DNA of 63,904 bases, filler included, from Nemertoderma westbladi (taxonomy: Eukaryota > Animalia > Xenacoelomorpha): NCBI GenBank assembly GCA_032718475.1. It is 3 parts of 3 records of this genome, joined end to end, with 100 filler letters (N's around TTAATTAATTAA, not from the genome) between each part and the next. Parts side by side here need not be neighbours in the genome. Positions count along the whole stretch, not along the records: positions 50,936 to 63,904 come from JAUCBJ010004317.1; 2 more parts are not named here. The stretch is one strand, 5' to 3'. The position numbers were made by a program, and so were the translations under genes. This document shows positions 59,283 to 63,904 of the stretch, one piece after another. The notes beneath the pieces were generated by a model. That model was not told the DNA's origin and did no database searches. It was given only the letters and a program-made list of their open reading frames with translations. Numbering within the stretch: position 1 is the first letter of the stretch; the number at the start of each line of letters is the position of its first letter.

Positions 59283-62200
59283 TGTAAAAGCTTCTGTGGG
59301 ATGTAACTGGCCCTTTTGCTTTGCAATCCAGTTTCCCCCCCAGGCGCTGGAATACTCTAAAAAGCTCTCTAACTCGAATGATGCAAAGCGACCGGCTGAT
59401 TGGCTGATTTGTTATACGAGGGGCTCTTTACTATGTTCTATCGGCCAACCAGAGCTATAGCAGCAGAGTATGCAACCAGGGCAACCGAGCGGAGTGACTC
59501 ATTTTGTGTGTTGGCCAAGGGCTGCAAAAATCCTGATAGTTCGGCATTTAGATATTCGTGGAACCTGTGGAATCTGGTGTTCTGCCAATGAGAGCTATTC
59601 CTCTCTGTGTAAAAAGATACCTGCAATGGTGTTAGAGTCTGAGAGTGTTTTTGATACTGTTGTGTTGTTTCTATCTAGGCCAAGAACACCGGCTCTAGAG
59701 TCAATTCGTTTCAGACTTTAGAAGAAACATTAGTAGGCTTAGATTATAGAGCGTATAACTGTTATCAGTCCAGTCTTAACGGCACATACATTGTCATATC
59801 ATATCTTAACCTACCGTCTTAATGCTTTTACTGTTGTTATTATTTTGTATCAGTTGGTTGAATATTATTTGGAGAACATCTATAAAGAACCCAAATTTCC
59901 CAATTTTCTTGATACACTACAGGTTAGAGAGACAGGTTACATATAGCGATTGCAACTTATATTATTGTGGTTTGTAGTGAATTTAATGCTATTTGATAAG
60001 CACTACATGAGTCAATTGCTGTTCTCTTTATATATGATAAAATTCATTGACAGTCAGCAAATTAGTGTGCAGTATTGTGCGTTACCGGTAGTGTGCATGA
60101 TTGTGACTGATAACTAAGCATTTCCTAAAGAATGCGCCTCATACGTGAATCATAAGCCTTACCGACTTACCGTTGTGTTTAGTATAAGTCATATCTCTGT
60201 TTACCTAGATAGAGCGCCACATCCTAAAGGAACTGTTAATATTTCCCGAAAGTGAATAATATTAGTCAGAAATTATTTATTAACGATCAATCGAATAATA
60301 CAGTAAGCTTACACTGCAATAACAATCTAAGCCCTCCGAATCCAGTCTCCCGGGTATATCCAGCGGGTGAATGGACGCGCACTAGGCTGGCTTCGGCTAA
60401 TGTTGTGTTTATTGGTATTAAATACTTGTCATTTTCTAAAGTCTATTTATAAACCAAAAGACATATAAATTTTGGCAGGCTAAACTGCTAAAGGTCTTCA
60501 AAAGCGTGTACAATAACAGTTATTGTCTTTATTGCAGTAAGCAATAAAGTTGAAAGTACCGGTTGACCGGTAAACCTGAACCGGTACTGCTGTAGGTCCG
60601 TAGGCCCAACTGCCAGAATCGGTACTGCTGTAGGTCTGTAGGCCCAACTGTCCTAACCGGTACTTCCAGTATAAGTACATTAGTATTATTCGATTTTGAT
60701 TATTGTATACCGGTAGGTCTCGATATTAAATCGGGGACGCCTGGTTTTTATTGGGATTTTACTTAGGTCTATTTCTGTCAGTTTTATTTCCTAGTAAGTT
60801 AATATTGAGCTGAAGACGTGTAAGTCTGCTCAGATTGTTCAGATAATTGTAGGCCGGACTATTGTCGGATTGTTGTTGAGTCTGGAGAGATTGCGGCGTG
60901 TGTAGAGTTTGTCCGATAAAGTGCCAGTTAGTAAGTTGGGGCAGCCAGTGCTGTAAGGTCAATCCCCTCTTAAAGAATAAGTCGTACTACCGTGTTAGAA
61001 CGCATACTAACTAACCATTTTGGAATCTGCACATACTGTAGTTTATTTAGGCTTGACAGTATTATGCCAGCGTTTTGGCCTGTGTTTGTTTGTGTGGTCT
61101 GTTCAGGTACCGTAATAGTTATTACTCAGATATTTTGTAGGCGGGATTGTTGTCTAGCTATTATTAGGTCTGAAGAGATTGCTGCGTGTGTAGAGTTTGT
61201 CTGATAAAGTGCCAGTTAGTAAGTTGGGGCAGCCAGTGCTGTAAGGTCAATCCCCTCTTAAAGAATAAGTCGTACTACCGTGTTAGAACGCATAATAATA
61301 ATAGAACGCATTTTGGAATCTGCACATACAGTAGTTTATTTAGGCTTGGTGGTAGTCTGCCAGCGTTTGGTTTGTATTTTGTTTGAGTATTCTGTACGGG
61401 TAGCGTAATATTTATTATTCAGAGTTTATGGGATTATTCGCAACATTCATGTCCCCAAGTTTATTCCTACAGTAATTGTGCTTGTTACACATACCGTTAT
61501 AGTTAAATTAACCCCGGTACTACACGGGCTGCTTGGCATAGGTAAAGACTGGTGACTTTGTGCTTCGGTCACTCCAGCAGATGCCGTGGTTCTTTTAACT
61601 GTTCAAGTATATTTAACTACTGATTATTGTTGTATCAGTATTTGTACCTAATTTAGGGTTTAGTGTACAGTGCTTTCCGAAAGTAATTAGTGTGTAGGCA
61701 GTATATTTGTGTTGTAAAGTGGTTAATAGGCACGTTGGATCTGGTAGTCCGCGGTAATTAACTTCTAGGTAGGAACACTCCGTGATACATAACGTAGTAC
61801 CTATAGCGATACGGCTATAGGTCGTCAGGCGGTGGTATTTTCCTATCTGGACAGTGCAATATATTTACTACTACTTATTATTTCAAATACCGTAGTACCC
61901 TGTCTGTCGTAATAACCAGAAATCTAAATTTTTGTTAGACTGGTTTGTAGACTTCCTGTAAAATTACCCTAAAAAATTTCGTACGTAATATTTTGTTGTG
62001 TTTAATTAGAGATTTAATCTCACCCGTATCGTAAGTAATTTGTAGTATTAAGTAACTTAGGTAAATTAGAATTATCTGTTTTAGTGTCAAATAAGTAGCA
62101 CTTCACTGAGAGCGCACAGCTTCTGTGTAGTGACTCCCCCAGAAATAATAACATTTATTTCAAATATTAACAAAACCCATTTTAAACGGGTATATAAATA

Positions 62201-63904
62201 TTATAAATCAACTCAAACGATTTATAAATAGTAGGCCTACCATACAACAACTAGGTCTCAATATCAGTTGGACTACTGCTTAAATAACGGTAATAAAGTA
62301 AGTTAAAGTAACCAAGTAACCCTAAAATATTCAAATATTCAATTATTCTAAAATAATTGACATACCGGTATTTACCATAGGCTTATTATATTTATTTCTA
62401 TAAATTTGGGCTGAAATCATACCGGTATTCTGTAATTAATTCTAGTTCATAATTATACTTATATATACTATAAGTGTAAGCTGCATACCGGTATTCACGA
62501 TAGGCCTATTATATATTTATATATATTTGTGCTAAAATTATATACCGGTATTCTGAGACAAACCTAGTTTACAATACTTATATATACTATAAGTGTACAC
62601 CGGTATTCTAATATACTGCAATAAATTACCGGTACTAGGCCAACGGTCATACTGAATTACTAGACTTGCTTTAATTGTAACTATAGCAGTAAGCATTCAA
62701 CTGTATAACTAAACATGTCTGACACCCAGCAAACCCTGCCAGACAGTCTAATCGATACAACCATCTGTGACACAGATAGGAGTGTGGAGCGATTAAGAAA
62801 GGAGTTCAGCTCACCTCCTACTGAAAGAAAGGTCATCCCTCCAGTAGTAGTATCAGACCCTAAGCTAATCCAACACCGTAGGTCTATCATCGGCACTCGG
62901 GCCCAAGTCAAACGGAACCAGGAAGCAGCTGTCCAACAGCAGCAACATCCTAGTCAAGAAACTTGTTCCCAGCGATCAGATAGCTCCAGTAGTTCGGATA
63001 CTGTAGAGCTGACCCCCGAACGCGGAGTGCGGATGGCGGCTACAGCCTACTCGGATCCCCTTCTCACCCTTCCTGCCGCAGTGCTAACTACTATATTGAT
63101 TGCGGTGGAGGAACATCAAGCCGATTGGGCGAGAAGTAAGCGAGCGACCCAAGATAGTTATGCGGGATATGCCAGGGAAGAATTGATGTCTATTGTCGAG
63201 TCACAATGGAACTTTCCCGGACCCGGACTCCCGTTAGATTTGTCCGAAGCTACTTGGGAAGATATACACAGGATGGGAGTGGCTAAAGATACGATGGATC
63301 CAGCTGTTTGGAAGAGGTCGGCAGCAGGATATGTGCAGGGATTCTTCGGCTCCTTAGAGCGATTGGAAGAACAATTGTTTTGACAACCCCAAGGACCTCA
63401 AGAGCAGGAAGAGCTGCTTTATCAAGTACGCGAAAGAACCCTACGCATTAGACTAATCCTATCAGCCTTTGAGGAAACTTCCAAAAGAAGACAGGACACG
63501 TCGCTGCAGGTTGCTGTCAAGACTTGGTTCCAGCGGGTAGGTCTCAAAGTTCAAGAAACGGCGCAGTGGAAATCCCAGCTGACTGAGAGACCAACCTATG
63601 AAGAACCAACCGATGCCACCCTTTCTCAAGTGGAAAGCGAAGAGACAGCAGCAGAGAAGCCGCCCTCGAGAGACGCCATAGACATCTATCTGTCAGACTA
63701 TCAACGCTTCTTGGGTGATGAAGAGTTGAGGAGACGACTGGCTGGACTTCGCCCCAATAGTGAAGGAACCAAGCTTGTGTTGGACTCAATCGATGCGGAA
63801 ATGTTAGCTGCTAACCAAGCTAAATTTGATGAAAAACTCCGCCTCGCTAGAGTCCAAGAAGAACAAGTAAAGAAAAAACGGATAGAGGACCGAAAGGCAG
63901 CAGC
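59283..63904 (+). mobile_element. Probable LTR retroelement, copy 2: putative LTR 59283-60205, ~2.5-kb leader and first ORF running off the window
   Basis: It is a colinear, diverged homologue of 47507-50835 and retains the ORF region deleted from copy 1. Confidence 0.55.
62715..63904 (+). CDS. First ORF (gag position) of the putative LTR element; family not recognised; one in-frame TGA at 63381-63383
   Basis: ATG lies in an aaacATG context and 222 codons run to the TGA. The same frame then stays open for another 173 codons to the window end (QPQGPQEQEELLYQVRERTLRIRLILSAFEE...NQAKFDEKLRLARVQEEQVKKKRIEDRKAA). Confidence 0.55.

Overview
This is AT-rich, repeat-rich eukaryotic (animal-like) genomic DNA, built from three contigs joined by artificial 100-bp spacers (N44-TTAATTAATTAA-N44 at 29985-30084 and 50836-50935). 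Three host genes can be assembled with canonical GT-AG sites and consistent phases. These are the 5' part of TAF1 (four exons, minus strand, continuing off the left edge), an intronless Cullin-5 CDS (plus strand) and a complete three-exon TAF6 (minus strand, 557 aa). Most of the rest is repetitive. There are four minisatellites (30, 24, 84 and 29 bp units), decayed LINEs (RTE-like, CR1/L2-like and a tandem RTE-X-like pair) and a Mutator-like element with a 9-bp TSD. There are also six copies of a Helitron/HINE-like element in TAF6 intron 1, a Sola-like MITE and two copies of a probable long-leader LTR element with an unrecognised ORF. The most unusual observations are five. (1) An exact 78-bp inverted copy of TAF1 exon 1 lies between splice sites and in frame with a LINE. 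(2) One satellite is built from the TAF1 exon-4 splice donor. (3) The rolling-circle elements combine Helitron and HINE hallmarks, and one has inserted into another. (4) The same ~200-bp element sits upstream of both TFIID genes and is related to the 84-bp satellite. (5) The LTR-element ORF stays open after a single TGA. All calls come from reading the sequence and recalling protein families; no database search was run. There is no CRISPR array or prokaryotic system here.
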